Below are positions 17,625-27,150 of a stretch of DNA of 64,000 nucleotides, piece by piece. Source of the stretch: an uncultured delta proteobacterium (GTDB lineage: Bacteria; Desulfobacterota; Desulfuromonadia; Desulfuromonadales; BM103); assembly GCA_963715335.1 (NCBI GenBank), contig CAVQRZ010000022.1:1-64000 (forward strand), read 5' to 3'. The position numbers and the translations under genes were made by a program. Each line of letters starts with the position of its first letter. The first letter of the stretch is position 1. The notes beneath the pieces were generated by a model. The model made no database searches. It worked only from the letters and a program-made list of their open reading frames with translations, and was not told where the DNA came from.

Positions 17625-19072
17625 AGCGGCTGTTTGTAATCGCTGTCGCCAGTGAGAAGGGCGGTGTGGGTAAAACCACGATCGCGACCAACCTGGCGGT
17701 TTATCTCAAGGCGCTGCGTGAAGACCTGCCGGTGACAATCGCTTCGTTTGACAACCATTTCAGTGTCGACCAGATGTTTGCCCTCGGTCCACCGTCGGCA
17801 AGAAATATCGCCGCACTGTGCGAAGAGACCCAGCCGTCAGACCTGGTTCGACTTGGCCAGTACGGCGTCCAGTACGTCGCTTCGTCGCGGCGCCTGCAAC
17901 CTCCGCCTCATCCCCCGGAGTGGCTTCGTCAAAGGCTCGGCGCCATGGCTCTGACGGGTATCCTGATCCTTGATACGCGACCGATTATGGACTGGTTCTC
18001 GGAGGCGGCACTGCTGGCGGCAGACCTGGTGATCGCGCCGGTCAAGGATCGCGCCGCATTGCTCAACGCGGACGCCTTGCGCCAGGTCCTGGCTGCGGTC
18101 GGCCGCAGCAAAAGGCTCTGGTTGCTTCCCAGCCTGGTCGACACCAGGGCCAGGCTGAATGCCGAGGTCCGCGTTCATGAATTCCTTACCTATGCTGCCC
18201 GTGAGCGGGACTACCAGGTGCTGGACATCTTTATCAGCAAAAGCCCGAAGGTCGAAAGTCTCGCTTCGGGTTTCTCCAGTTCCGTCCGACCGGTTCTGAC
18301 CCATGCCAGGAATACCGCGGTGCATTCGCAACTCAAGCAGTTGGCCGAGTTTGTCCTGCAACGCTTCGACACCAAGCCGTCTGATGCACATGACTGTGTA
18401 AAGGAGTCTTCGCAGGAGGTCTCTGGTTCGTCAGTCACACGCCGGCGACAGGTCCTGGAATGCCCGGTCTGCTGCCTGGGTTCCGCTCCCGGGGGTGGAC
18501 ATTTTTTCTTTGATCTTCGCAGTCGGCGGCGAGGTTATGTTCACCCCGGCTGTTTTGCCGAGGTCTGTGCAGAAATGAGCTCGGAGATCTTTGACGGCCG
18601 GGGCGGCATGATCGCCCTGACCATTGACGGACCGGGGCTGGTAGGGCCGGATTGTCGACTTTCGGTGCACCTGTTTGATGACAATGGAGAGCTGCTGGAG
18701 AGTGGAAGTATCGCGATCGAGGAGGCCCTGACCCTTAAAGATTCAGTCGGTTTCATGATCGGGCAACCGGTTGACAGCGCTTACCGGGAACTGGTTTTCA
18801 TAAATGCTCGTGTCGAAACGGTCGAATTGCAGCAAGGCAGAACGGAAGCGGATTTCTTCCTGAAAAAACTGTCGCAAAATCACCCGGGAGCTGCGTCAGG
18901 CAGGATTGTTCTGAGGACCCTCCGGTTAACTCCACAATCTCTTGTTAGCAGAATCGCGCCGGAAATCTTCCGGCCAGTCTACGCGCGGTTTCCCCTGCCG
19001 TTGAATCAGACAGAAAATACCCTCCATCTCCTGGTGCGGCAGGCTAAAGGTGTCAGCCCTCTGCCCGGGTAA
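17621..19072 (+). CDS. ParA/MinD-family ATPase with C-terminal Cys/His domain (3' end possibly frameshifted; may truly end at 18914)
   Basis: Deviant Walker A EKGGVGKTT, LAADLVIAPV; ATG overlaps the ABC-F stop (ATGA); later CPVCC...HPGC. Confidence 0.8.
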   Translation: MKRLFVIAVASEKGGVGKTTIATNLAVYLKALREDLPVTIASFDNHFSVDQMFALGPPSARNIAALCEETQPSDLVRLGQYGVQYVASSRRLQPPPHPPEWLRQRLGAMALTGILILDTRPIMDWFSEAALLAADLVIAPVKDRAALLNADALRQVLAAVGRSKRLWLLPSLVDTRARLNAEVRVHEFLTYAARERDYQVLDIFISKSPKVESLASGFSSSVRPVLTHARNTAVHSQLKQLAEFVLQRFDTKPSDAHDCVKESSQEVSGSSVTRRRQVLECPVCCLGSAPGGGHFFFDLRSRRRGYVHPGCFAEVCAEMSSEIFDGRGGMIALTIDGPGLVGPDCRLSVHLFDDNGELLESGSIAIEEALTLKDSVGFMIGQPVDSAYRELVFINARVETVELQQGRTEADFFLKKLSQNHPGAASGRIVLRTLRLTPQSLVSRIAPEIFRPVYARFPLPLNQTENTLHLLVRQAKGVSPLPG

Positions 19073-19880
19073 GATTCACCTCCCGTTGCGGGAACGGAAT
19101 CGTAATCTGTGCTTCTTTCAAAGCTTTGTGAACCGCCAGGTTTGCCCGGTAAAGGGTTTGAAAATACTTTTTGGTCGGGACCCAGTAGCGCATTCCCAGA
19201 TCAATGGATGACTCACCAAAGGCTGCGATGCCGATCTGCGGAGGCGGTTCGCTGCAGATGTCGTCGATTGCCGAGAGGGCACCCCTGAGAACCGCGATAG
19301 CTTTTTCCGGGTCGTCCTGGTAACTGATTCCCACGGTGGCTTCGACGATCCGATTGTTGAAGGAGTTGAACAGGATTTCGCCGATGATGTGCTTGTTCGG
19401 GATGGTGATTCTTTCATCGTCTTCTGTTGTGAGGATGGTTGTCGCCAGATGGATCTCTTCGACCTGCCCGCTGACGTTGTTGATGGTGATCGTATCGCCA
19501 ATAACGAACGGCCGCGAAAGGATAATCACCAGGCCAGCCCCGTAATTGGAGACTGGCCCGGCAAGGGCAAAGCTGGTACCGAAGGCGATGGCACCGACGG
19601 CGGCGATGAAGGGCGCAATCGAGATGCCGAATTTACCGATTGCGATAATGATGACAAAGGCCAGGGTAAGAATCTTGACGAAATTGCCCAGGAATCGTGC
19701 CAGGGTAATGTCGACGTCCTTCTTTTCACACAGATTGGTGACCCGGCGTCCCAGCCACCCGGCGAGCTTGGAACCGATCACCAGGATGATGATCGCGCCG
19801 AGGATCTGGAAGCTGTAGTTGATTAAGAATTCAACGACGACATTGTAAATCTGCTGAATGGTTTCCAGTTCATTGCCCAT
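19053..19880 (-). CDS. mscS: Small-conductance mechanosensitive channel
   Basis: Three TM helices, GLVIILSRPFVIGD, ITIPN, ITIPFPQREV. Confidence 0.92.
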   Translation of the reverse strand: MGNELETIQQIYNVVVEFLINYSFQILGAIIILVIGSKLAGWLGRRVTNLCEKKDVDITLARFLGNFVKILTLAFVIIIAIGKFGISIAPFIAAVGAIAFGTSFALAGPVSNYGAGLVIILSRPFVIGDTITINNVSGQVEEIHLATTILTTEDDERITIPNKHIIGEILFNSFNNRIVEATVGISYQDDPEKAIAVLRGALSAIDDICSEPPPQIGIAAFGESSIDLGMRYWVPTKKYFQTLYRANLAVHKALKEAQITIPFPQREVNLTRAEG

Positions 19881-19967
19881 AATGCCTCCCGGAGTTTGTT
19901 AGCCCTAACCCATTTTACCAGAGACTGTGCGGGTTTCCAGAAGCGAAACGGGTATAAGGTGCGGGAT

Positions 19968-19995
19968 AAAAAAGCCGGGGCATGATTGCCCCGGC
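19968..19995 (-). terminator. Rho-independent terminator after the OmpA/MotB gene
   Basis: GCCGGGGCA/TGCCCCGGC stem followed by T6 on the minus strand. Confidence 0.75.
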
Positions 19996-20029
19996 GGTCA
20001 TGTTCTGACGAGGCGGCTGAGTCAGGCCG

Positions 20030-20914
20030 TTATTCTTTTGCTGTGGTCAATACGATCTGGATGCGGCGGTTCTCTGCTCTGCCTTCCGCGGTGGCGTTGC
20101 TGGCGATCGGCTGGTACTCACCATATCCCACTGCCGAGAGGCGTTCGCCAGAGACCCCGGCGCTGTCTTGCAAAAAGTGCAAAACAGTTGTCGCGCGCGC
20201 TGTGGAGAGCTCCCAGTTGCTCGGATATTTTGCGGCGAGCCCGCCGCTGATCGGAACGTTGTCGGTGTGCCCTTCAACCTGGATGTTCTTGTCGACTGCT
20301 GAGTTCAGAATGTCGCCTATCTGTTGTAAAACCTTGACCCCTGCCGGTTTGAGGTCGGCTTTTCCGGAGTCGAAAAGTATTTTGTCAACGACGTTGACCG
20401 TCAATTTCCCCTTGAGCTCGGAAATCCGGACTTCACCCCTTTCAATTTCCTGTTCCAGTTTGCCGACCAGTTCATCGTATGTGCTCTGGACTTCTGCAAG
20501 ACGGGCTTCACGGGCCTGCAGTTCCACCTCAAGCTGTTGGCGCAAAAGGTTGTTGCCCTCGATGAGACGATCGATCTCCTGCCGCATTTCTGCCATCGCC
20601 GTCCCGGCTTCGGCGCTGCGATCTGCGAGCACCTTCTCCACTCGCTCCAGGTCCGCTCGCGCCCGCATCAGGTCCTCCTGCAGCAGCTTGTTGCGCTCGA
20701 TTGCTTCAAGGACCCGCTGGTTGAGGCTGTCATTGCGGTCAGCCAGTTGGGCCTTGTCGGCTTTGAGCCTCTCGTAATCGCCCTCAAGGCTTTTAATCAC
20801 GGACTGCAGGTAGGCGTTCTCGTCGAGCTTTTGCTGATGAACTGTTTGGCTAACGCACGCAGACAGAACTGCTGCAACAAAGATCAGCATGCTGATTCTG
20901 ATGAAAAATCTCAC
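20030..20914 (-). CDS. OmpA/MotB-family lipoprotein with long coiled coil
   Basis: Lipobox LSAC, coiled coil, ILFDSGKA, VEGHTDNVPI, NWELSTARA, NRRIQI. Confidence 0.9.
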   Translation of the reverse strand: MRFFIRISMLIFVAAVLSACVSQTVHQQKLDENAYLQSVIKSLEGDYERLKADKAQLADRNDSLNQRVLEAIERNKLLQEDLMRARADLERVEKVLADRSAEAGTAMAEMRQEIDRLIEGNNLLRQQLEVELQAREARLAEVQSTYDELVGKLEQEIERGEVRISELKGKLTVNVVDKILFDSGKADLKPAGVKVLQQIGDILNSAVDKNIQVEGHTDNVPISGGLAAKYPSNWELSTARATTVLHFLQDSAGVSGERLSAVGYGEYQPIASNATAEGRAENRRIQIVLTTAKE

Positions 20915-21089
20915 GGTGGACTCCTCGGGGCTTTCGTAAATAGATGGCTGACACGGGCCAATGCCTATTGTTGGCGATTTTCGGGAAAATGTAAAGGTCG
21001 GAAATAGGCATGATTACGGGGTTTTCAGTTGCCTGCCAAAGTTTTGCTGTGTTATAAAAAACCTTTTAAAGCCTATGGGATATTCTCTT

Positions 21090-21920
21090 ATGAATCCATT
21101 TGTTCTGGACCCAATCTTACGCCGTGCTCTCGAAGAAGACATCGGTACCGGCGATGTAACCACGCAGGCGACGATCCGGTCTGGTACGCAGGCCAGCGCT
21201 GAACTGGTCGCCAAGGAAGACTTTATCCTGTCTGGAATTGATGTTGCCCGGCGAGTCTTTCAACTCCTCTCGGTGGATACCGCTTTTGAAAAGCTGATCG
21301 AGGACGGCCAGGCGGTCAAGCGCGGCGAAGTGCTCGCCTGGATCAAGGGTGACGCCGCGATGTTGCTGCAAGGTGAACGTGTTGCCCTTAATCTCCTGCA
21401 ACGGATGTGCGGAGTTGCAACACTGACCGCTGCTTTTGTCAAGGCGGTTGATGGGACCGGCGCCACTATCGTCGATACCCGCAAGACCACTCCGGGCTTG
21501 CGCGTTCTGGAAAAATATTCTGTTCGTATGGGTGGCGGCGGCAATCATCGCATGGCCCTTTACGATGCAGTGCTGATCAAGGAAAATCACATCGCCGCGG
21601 CTGGCGGGATTACCTCGGCCGTGAGTCGGGCCAGGCAAAGTGTGCCGCACACCCAGAAGGTTGAAGTTGAGGTGCGTAACCTGGCCGAGGTGGCCGAGGC
21701 GCTGGATGCGGGGGCTGACATCCTGCTCCTTGACAACATGTCGCCAGAAGAACTCATCGCCGCCGTTGACGTGATCGATGGCCGGGCGGTTACTGAAGCT
21801 TCCGGGGGCGTTAACCTTGAAACCGTCCGGGGGATTGCCGAGACGGGCGTCCAACTGATTTCGGTTGGAGCTTTGACGCACTCCTATCGTGCTGTTGACA
21901 TTTCCATGCTCTTCACCTAG
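21090..21920 (+). CDS. nadC: Nicotinate-nucleotide pyrophosphorylase (carboxylating)
   Basis: DTRKTTPGLR, HRMALYDAVLIKENH, EASGG, ISVGALTHS; start placed at MNPFVLD. Confidence 0.96.
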   Translation: MNPFVLDPILRRALEEDIGTGDVTTQATIRSGTQASAELVAKEDFILSGIDVARRVFQLLSVDTAFEKLIEDGQAVKRGEVLAWIKGDAAMLLQGERVALNLLQRMCGVATLTAAFVKAVDGTGATIVDTRKTTPGLRVLEKYSVRMGGGGNHRMALYDAVLIKENHIAAAGGITSAVSRARQSVPHTQKVEVEVRNLAEVAEALDAGADILLLDNMSPEELIAAVDVIDGRAVTEASGGVNLETVRGIAETGVQLISVGALTHSYRAVDISMLFT

Positions 21921-21947
21921 GACTTCCGGAGTCTGCACACTTTGGAT

Positions 21948-22931
21948 ATGAAAAAACCTGCGCCGCGCGAAACCATTCTTACCCTGTTAAGCCAGACACC
22001 GGACGGTTTTGTCTCAGGTGTGCGCATCAGCGCTGAGTTGGGCCTTTCACGTACTGCTGTGTGGAAACACATCCGCAACCTGAGGCAGGCCGGCTACAAC
22101 ATCAAGGCTATCCCCTCGCGCGGCTATCAATTGCTGCAGGCTCCTGATATCCTGAGGCCCGAATCGATTCAAGCCGGTCTGAATTGCCGGGTAATCGGGT
22201 CACGGGTCTGCTGTCTCGACATGACTGATTCCACCAACCTGCAGGCCTGCCGTTTTGGTGATGATGGTGAGCCCGAGGGACTGGTCGTGCTTGCCGACCA
22301 GCAAAGCTCCGGAAAAGGGCGAATGGGCCGCCGGTGGGAATCTCCGGCAGGGGTCAACCTTTATGCTTCGGTGCTGTTACGGCCGGCGATCCTCCCTTTT
22401 TCTGCACCGAAGCTGACTTTTTTGTCGGCCGTTGCGGTGTGCCGCGCCATTATGTCGACGACCGGTTTGCGAGCGACGGTAAAATGGCCCAACGATGTCC
22501 TGCTGAATGGCAGCAAGGTGGCCGGCCTGCTCAACGAGATGAGCGCTGAAACCGACCGGGTGAATTATGTCGTTCTGGGGATTGGGGTCAACCTGAACAT
22601 GCAAAGTGATCAGTTCCCTGAGGCTTTGCGCTATCCTGCAACCTCGCTGGCGATCTGCAAGGGTAGCCCGGTTTCACGCCTTGATTTCACGCGCACCTTG
22701 CTGCAGGAAATCGATGCTCTCTATCAGGTATTCCTGGAGCATGGCAGCGCACCGGTTTTCGCTGCATGGACGGAACTCTGCGACATGACCGGCAAGGCTG
22801 TTCGGGTCGATTGCAACAATCTGCAGATTGAGGGAGTCATGACCGGCCTTGCTGACGATGGAGCATTGCTGGTTCGTACCGCGACTGGTATGATGGAGCG
22901 CGTTTATGCCGGAGATGTTCGGCCAGCGTAA
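21948..22931 (+). CDS. birA: Bifunctional biotin--[acetyl-CoA carboxylase] ligase / repressor
   Basis: N-terminal HTH (SRTAVWKHI), DSTN, QSSGKGRMGRRW, KWPND, KVAGLL. Confidence 0.96.
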   Translation: MKKPAPRETILTLLSQTPDGFVSGVRISAELGLSRTAVWKHIRNLRQAGYNIKAIPSRGYQLLQAPDILRPESIQAGLNCRVIGSRVCCLDMTDSTNLQACRFGDDGEPEGLVVLADQQSSGKGRMGRRWESPAGVNLYASVLLRPAILPFSAPKLTFLSAVAVCRAIMSTTGLRATVKWPNDVLLNGSKVAGLLNEMSAETDRVNYVVLGIGVNLNMQSDQFPEALRYPATSLAICKGSPVSRLDFTRTLLQEIDALYQVFLEHGSAPVFAAWTELCDMTGKAVRVDCNNLQIEGVMTGLADDGALLVRTATGMMERVYAGDVRPA

Positions 22932-23020
22932 CAGAGCGGAAGGTGCGAAGCGAGTGTGCGAAAAGGCTTTTATAGAAATCATTATGGATTCGGATTGTCT
23001 GTTTGTCGGTTTTGATTTTC

Positions 23021-23048
23021 CGCGCCACGCGCCACGCGCCACGCGCCT
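23021..23048. repeat. Heptamer tandem repeat (CGCGCCA)x3 + CGCGCCT
   Basis: Read directly; lies just upstream of the coaX start. Confidence 0.85.
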
Positions 23049-23057
23049 CGGGTCAAT

Positions 23058-23843
23058 ATGCTCCTCGTCATAGATGTCGGCAATACCAATACGGTTCTCG
23101 GTCTTTACCGGGGTAAGGAGCTCGTTCGCAGCTGGCGCCTGTCAACGGACAAGGCGCGCACTTCAGACGAATGGGCCATGGTGATCCACGAGCTGTTCAG
23201 CCTGTGCGGGCTGCATTTCCCCGACATCGACAGTGTTGTGATCTCCTGTGTTGTCCCACCGCTTCTGAACACACTGGAGATGCTTTGCGCTACCTACTTC
23301 AAGCTGCAGCCGTTGGTCGTCGGCCCCGGAATCAAGACCGGCATGCCGATCCAGTATGACAACCCGCGAGAAGTGGGAGCAGATCGCATTGTGAACGCCG
23401 TTGCGGCATATGCCAAGAAGCAGTCCAGCCTGATCGTTGTGGATTTCGGAACGGCAACAACCTTCGACTACCTGTCGAAGCACGGCGAATATCAGGGGGG
23501 TGCAATCGCTCCGGGCCTGAGTATTTCCGCGGAGGCTCTTTACGAAAAGGCCAGCAAGTTGCCGCGGGTCGAGATCACCTGCCCGCCGCTGGTGATCGCG
23601 AAGAACACTGTGAACAGTATGCAGTCGGGGCTTTTCTATGGTTATGTCGGGCTGGTCGACGGAATTGTCGGCAGAATGAAGCAGGAATCCAGGGAATCTC
23701 CATGGGTGATAGCGACGGGGGGCCTGGCAAGCCTGATAGCACCTTATAGTCAGACCATCAACGAGGTTGATAACAGCCTGACCCTGGAAGGTTTGCGGAT
23801 CATCTACGAGCGTAACAGGGCCGCTGAGAAATTATCCTGTTAA
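23058..23843 (+). CDS. coaX: Type III pantothenate kinase
   Basis: [36 protein letters not shown]. Confidence 0.96.
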   Translation: MLLVIDVGNTNTVLGLYRGKELVRSWRLSTDKARTSDEWAMVIHELFSLCGLHFPDIDSVVISCVVPPLLNTLEMLCATYFKLQPLVVGPGIKTGMPIQYDNPREVGADRIVNAVAAYAKKQSSLIVVDFGTATTFDYLSKHGEYQGGAIAPGLSISAEALYEKASKLPRVEITCPPLVIAKNTVNSMQSGLFYGYVGLVDGIVGRMKQESRESPWVIATGGLASLIAPYSQTINEVDNSLTLEGLRIIYERNRAAEKLSC

Positions 23844-23901
23844 ATAATCATTTCGATTTCTGATAATCGGAACACCTTATGGATTTGTGAAAGGAGAGAT
23901 C

Positions 23902-25983
23902 ATGGCAAAGTTTGAAACCGCGAAACTTCGCAACCTGGGTATCGTCGGACAAGGAGATGCCGGAAAAACCTCCCTGGTTGAGGCCATCCTGTTCAATACC
24001 GGAATGACAGATCGTCTCGGCAAGGTTGATGACGGCTCATCGAACATGGACTTTGAGCCCGAGGAGACCAAGCGCAAGATAACGATCAGCTCCAAACTGC
24101 ACCATTGCGAGTGGAACGGCCATGAACTGCACATTGTTGATACTCCCGGATATACCAATTTCCTGCACGATACCCGCAGCTGCATGCGTGTACTGGGAGG
24201 CGCCGTGCTCGTGGTGTCTGCCGTCGATGGCGTAAAAGCCCAGACCCAGACCTTGTGGAAGTGGGCAGATGAGTTTGAAATCCCCCTGATCGCTTTTGTC
24301 AACAAGCTGGACCGCGAGCGTTCCGATTATCTCAAGGCGCTTGATGATATGGAGAAAACCCTCGGTTGCCGTCCGGTTGCAGTCAATATGCCGATCGGCC
24401 AGGCGGAGGATTTCAAGGGGGTTATTGACCTCATCACTATGAAGGCCAGAACCTTTAAGTTTGACGACAAGGGCAGCTACGATGAAGGTGATATCCCGGC
24501 AGAGTACCAGGATGAAGCTGACCGCCTTCACCTGATGCTCGTTGAAGCCTGTGCAGAGGCCGATGACGGCTTGATGGAGAAATACCTCGAAACAGAAGAG
24601 TTGAGCTATGAAGAAATCCTGCGTGGATTGCGTGAAGGTGTCTTGACCGGAGTGTTCATGCCCGTTCTTTGCGGTAGCGCTACCGCCAACATCGGTATCC
24701 GCCAGCTGCTTGATTATATTGTCGTCAGCACCCCGTCGCCAATCGACAAAGGGACCCAGTACGGCACTAATCCCAAGACCGGTGCGGAAGAGACACGAGA
24801 GCCGAACCCTGCGGCGCCTTTTTCGGCAATGGTTTTCAAGACGGTCAGCGACCCGTTCACTGGCAAGCTGAACCTGTTCCGGGTTTATTCCGGCACCGTC
24901 AAATCCGATAGCACCGTTTACAACTCGACCAAGGACGCCAGCGAGCGTCTGGGCCAGATTCTGTTGCCGGAAGGCAAAAAGCAGAAGCCGGTTGCCGAAG
25001 CCGTGGCCGGCGACATCGTTGCTGTTGCCAAGCTGAAAGAAACCGAAACAGGCGACACCCTGTGTGATCCTGGCAAGCCGATTGTCTACGAGAGCCCGGC
25101 CAAGACCAAACCGGTTATCTCCTTCGCCCTCGAGCCGAAAAACAAGGGCGACGAGGAGAAGATTTTCAGCGGCTTGTCCAAGCTCTCAGAAGAGGACCCC
25201 GCTTTGCAACTGCAGCGCGACAAAGAGACCAAGGAAATGATCATCTCCGGTATGGGCCAGGTGCATGTCGAGGTTGCGATTGAGAAACTCAAGCGTAAGT
25301 TTGGCGCCGAGGTTATCCTCAAGGCACCGAAGGTCCCCTACCGTGAAACAATCAAGAAGTCGGTCGAGCAGGCCTACAGGCACAAGAAACAATCCGGGGG
25401 CAAGGGGCAGTTTGCCGATGTGACAATCAAAATCAAACCGCTGGAGCGCGGTGCCGGCTACGAGTTCGTCGACAAAATTGTCGGCGGAGTTGTTCCGCGG
25501 CAGTTCATCCCTGCAGTCGACAAAGGTATCCAGGAGACGATGGTCAAGGGTGGGTTGGCAGGTTACCCGGTCCAGGATTTCCAGGTTACTCTGTTTGACG
25601 GTTCTCACCATTCGGTCGACTCCTCCGAGATGGCATTCAAGATTGCCGGTTCGATGGCGTTCAAAAAAGCCGTTGAAGCAGCCAACCCCATTCTTCTCGA
25701 ACCAGTCGTGGAGATGGAAATCAATGTGCCTGACGAATGCGTCGGTGAAGTGATTGGTGATATGAATCAACGCCGCGGCAAGGTCCTCGGCATGGAACCA
25801 CAGGGCTCCAGCCAGGTGGTCAAGGCCCAGGTCCCCATGTCCGAAGTTCTGAAGTATGCACCTGAGCTTCGTTCGATGACGTCCGACCGTGGTCTTTTTA
25901 CCATGGAGTTTTCGCACTACGAAGAAGTTCCTTCACATATGACAGCCAAGTTGCTTGAAGAACTCAAGAAGGCGGAAGAATAG
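23902..25983 (+). CDS. fusA: Elongation factor G paralogue (EF-G2 type, outside the str operon)
   Basis: GQGDAGKT, DTPG, NKLD, HKKQSGGKGQF, DGSHHSVDSSEMAFK; effector motif RKITI instead of RGITI; AGGAG RBS before MAKFET. Confidence 0.93.
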   Translation: MAKFETAKLRNLGIVGQGDAGKTSLVEAILFNTGMTDRLGKVDDGSSNMDFEPEETKRKITISSKLHHCEWNGHELHIVDTPGYTNFLHDTRSCMRVLGGAVLVVSAVDGVKAQTQTLWKWADEFEIPLIAFVNKLDRERSDYLKALDDMEKTLGCRPVAVNMPIGQAEDFKGVIDLITMKARTFKFDDKGSYDEGDIPAEYQDEADRLHLMLVEACAEADDGLMEKYLETEELSYEEILRGLREGVLTGVFMPVLCGSATANIGIRQLLDYIVVSTPSPIDKGTQYGTNPKTGAEETREPNPAAPFSAMVFKTVSDPFTGKLNLFRVYSGTVKSDSTVYNSTKDASERLGQILLPEGKKQKPVAEAVAGDIVAVAKLKETETGDTLCDPGKPIVYESPAKTKPVISFALEPKNKGDEEKIFSGLSKLSEEDPALQLQRDKETKEMIISGMGQVHVEVAIEKLKRKFGAEVILKAPKVPYRETIKKSVEQAYRHKKQSGGKGQFADVTIKIKPLERGAGYEFVDKIVGGVVPRQFIPAVDKGIQETMVKGGLAGYPVQDFQVTLFDGSHHSVDSSEMAFKIAGSMAFKKAVEAANPILLEPVVEMEINVPDECVGEVIGDMNQRRGKVLGMEPQGSSQVVKAQVPMSEVLKYAPELRSMTSDRGLFTMEFSHYEEVPSHMTAKLLEELKKAEE

Positions 25984-26043
25984 CGGCCAGATTGCGAATC
26001 GTGGTAGTTTGAAGCAACTGAGTAGTTAAACGGGAGGATTCAT

Positions 26044-27111
26044 ATGTCTGACAAGGACCGGTTTACTTTTGATGACAACGATGATTTTCCGGAAGCCGAC
26101 TTGAGTTCCGCCTTCTCAGATGGCGAGTTCGAGGCGGACAACCCGGCGCCTGACGCTCAGGAAGAACCTGAACCGAAGGCAGAGCAGCACGGCAAGAGAG
26201 CAAAAAAGGCTGAAAGTTCTTCGAGTTCCGGTGGTTCAAAGTCTCGGATTCTCCTGATCGTGTTGTTGCTGGTGGTTGCCGGCGGTGCGGGTGCTTATTA
26301 TTTCATGGGCCTGGGCGGTACGACACCTGTGGCTCCGACCGTGCCGGCGCCGGCGCAGAGGGCTCAAAAAACAGTCGCCCTGCCACCACAGCCGGCCAAG
26401 GATCCCGCTGCTGCTCCCGTCAAGGCAGAGCCTGTCGCCAAGCCTGTTTCCGTAGCTGTGCCGCCACCGCCGCCACCTGCTCAGCCTGCTGCATCGATGG
26501 CTGACCCGGCACAAACGCCGATGCAGGCTGACCAGCGTGTTGTGCAGGAAAAAGCCGCTGACAACAAGCCTGCTCCCCAAGCAGCAGCGGCCGAAGTCGT
26601 TCCGGCACCGGAGCCTGTGCCGGCTTCGGAACCGACTGCCGTACCCACGCAGGTCGCAGGGGGAACATTCTCTCTCGATGCGGGGTCATATCTCCTTGAG
26701 ACGAACCGTGATTCGTTGGTGAAAAAGATCGAAAAGCTCGGTTATAAGTCGCTTGTTACGCCGGTCGATGCCAAGCTGGACATGACGCGACTGCGCCTCG
26801 GGACCTACAGCAAGGAAGAGGTCCAGAAAGCGCTTGACTTTGCGAGGTCGATTGAGCCTGGTGCATACAGTGCCCCTGCCGGGGATGGCTATGTCATTTA
26901 TGCCGGGACCTTCCTTGGCAAGGGGACCGTCGACAAACTGACAAAACGTTACCTTGCAGAGGGCCTCAAAGTACACCCTGAGCCGGTCCAGGTTGTGAGA
27001 ACCTTGAGCAGGATTCGTTTTGGCAGCTTTGCAGCCAGGGAGGAAGCAATGGCTGCTGCAGATGCCGCCGCCAAGGTTGGTGTGCAAGCCGTCGTTGTCA
27101 GCGTAAAGTAG
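26044..27111 (+). CDS. SPOR domain-containing membrane protein
   Basis: Acidic N-terminus, single TM, Pro/Ala-rich linker, SPOR-like repeats (TRLRLGTY, SRIRFGSF..REEA). Confidence 0.75.
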   Translation: MSDKDRFTFDDNDDFPEADLSSAFSDGEFEADNPAPDAQEEPEPKAEQHGKRAKKAESSSSSGGSKSRILLIVLLLVVAGGAGAYYFMGLGGTTPVAPTVPAPAQRAQKTVALPPQPAKDPAAAPVKAEPVAKPVSVAVPPPPPPAQPAASMADPAQTPMQADQRVVQEKAADNKPAPQAAAAEVVPAPEPVPASEPTAVPTQVAGGTFSLDAGSYLLETNRDSLVKKIEKLGYKSLVTPVDAKLDMTRLRLGTYSKEEVQKALDFARSIEPGAYSAPAGDGYVIYAGTFLGKGTVDKLTKRYLAEGLKVHPEPVQVVRTLSRIRFGSFAAREEAMAAADAAAKVGVQAVVVSVK

Positions 27112-27150
27112 CTTTACGGTTGAAACCCAAACCCACACGGAGTTGCCTGC

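Noticed and set aside
19986..20777. 263-aa plus-strand ORF
   Set aside because: Ser/Arg-rich antisense shadow of the OmpA/MotB gene
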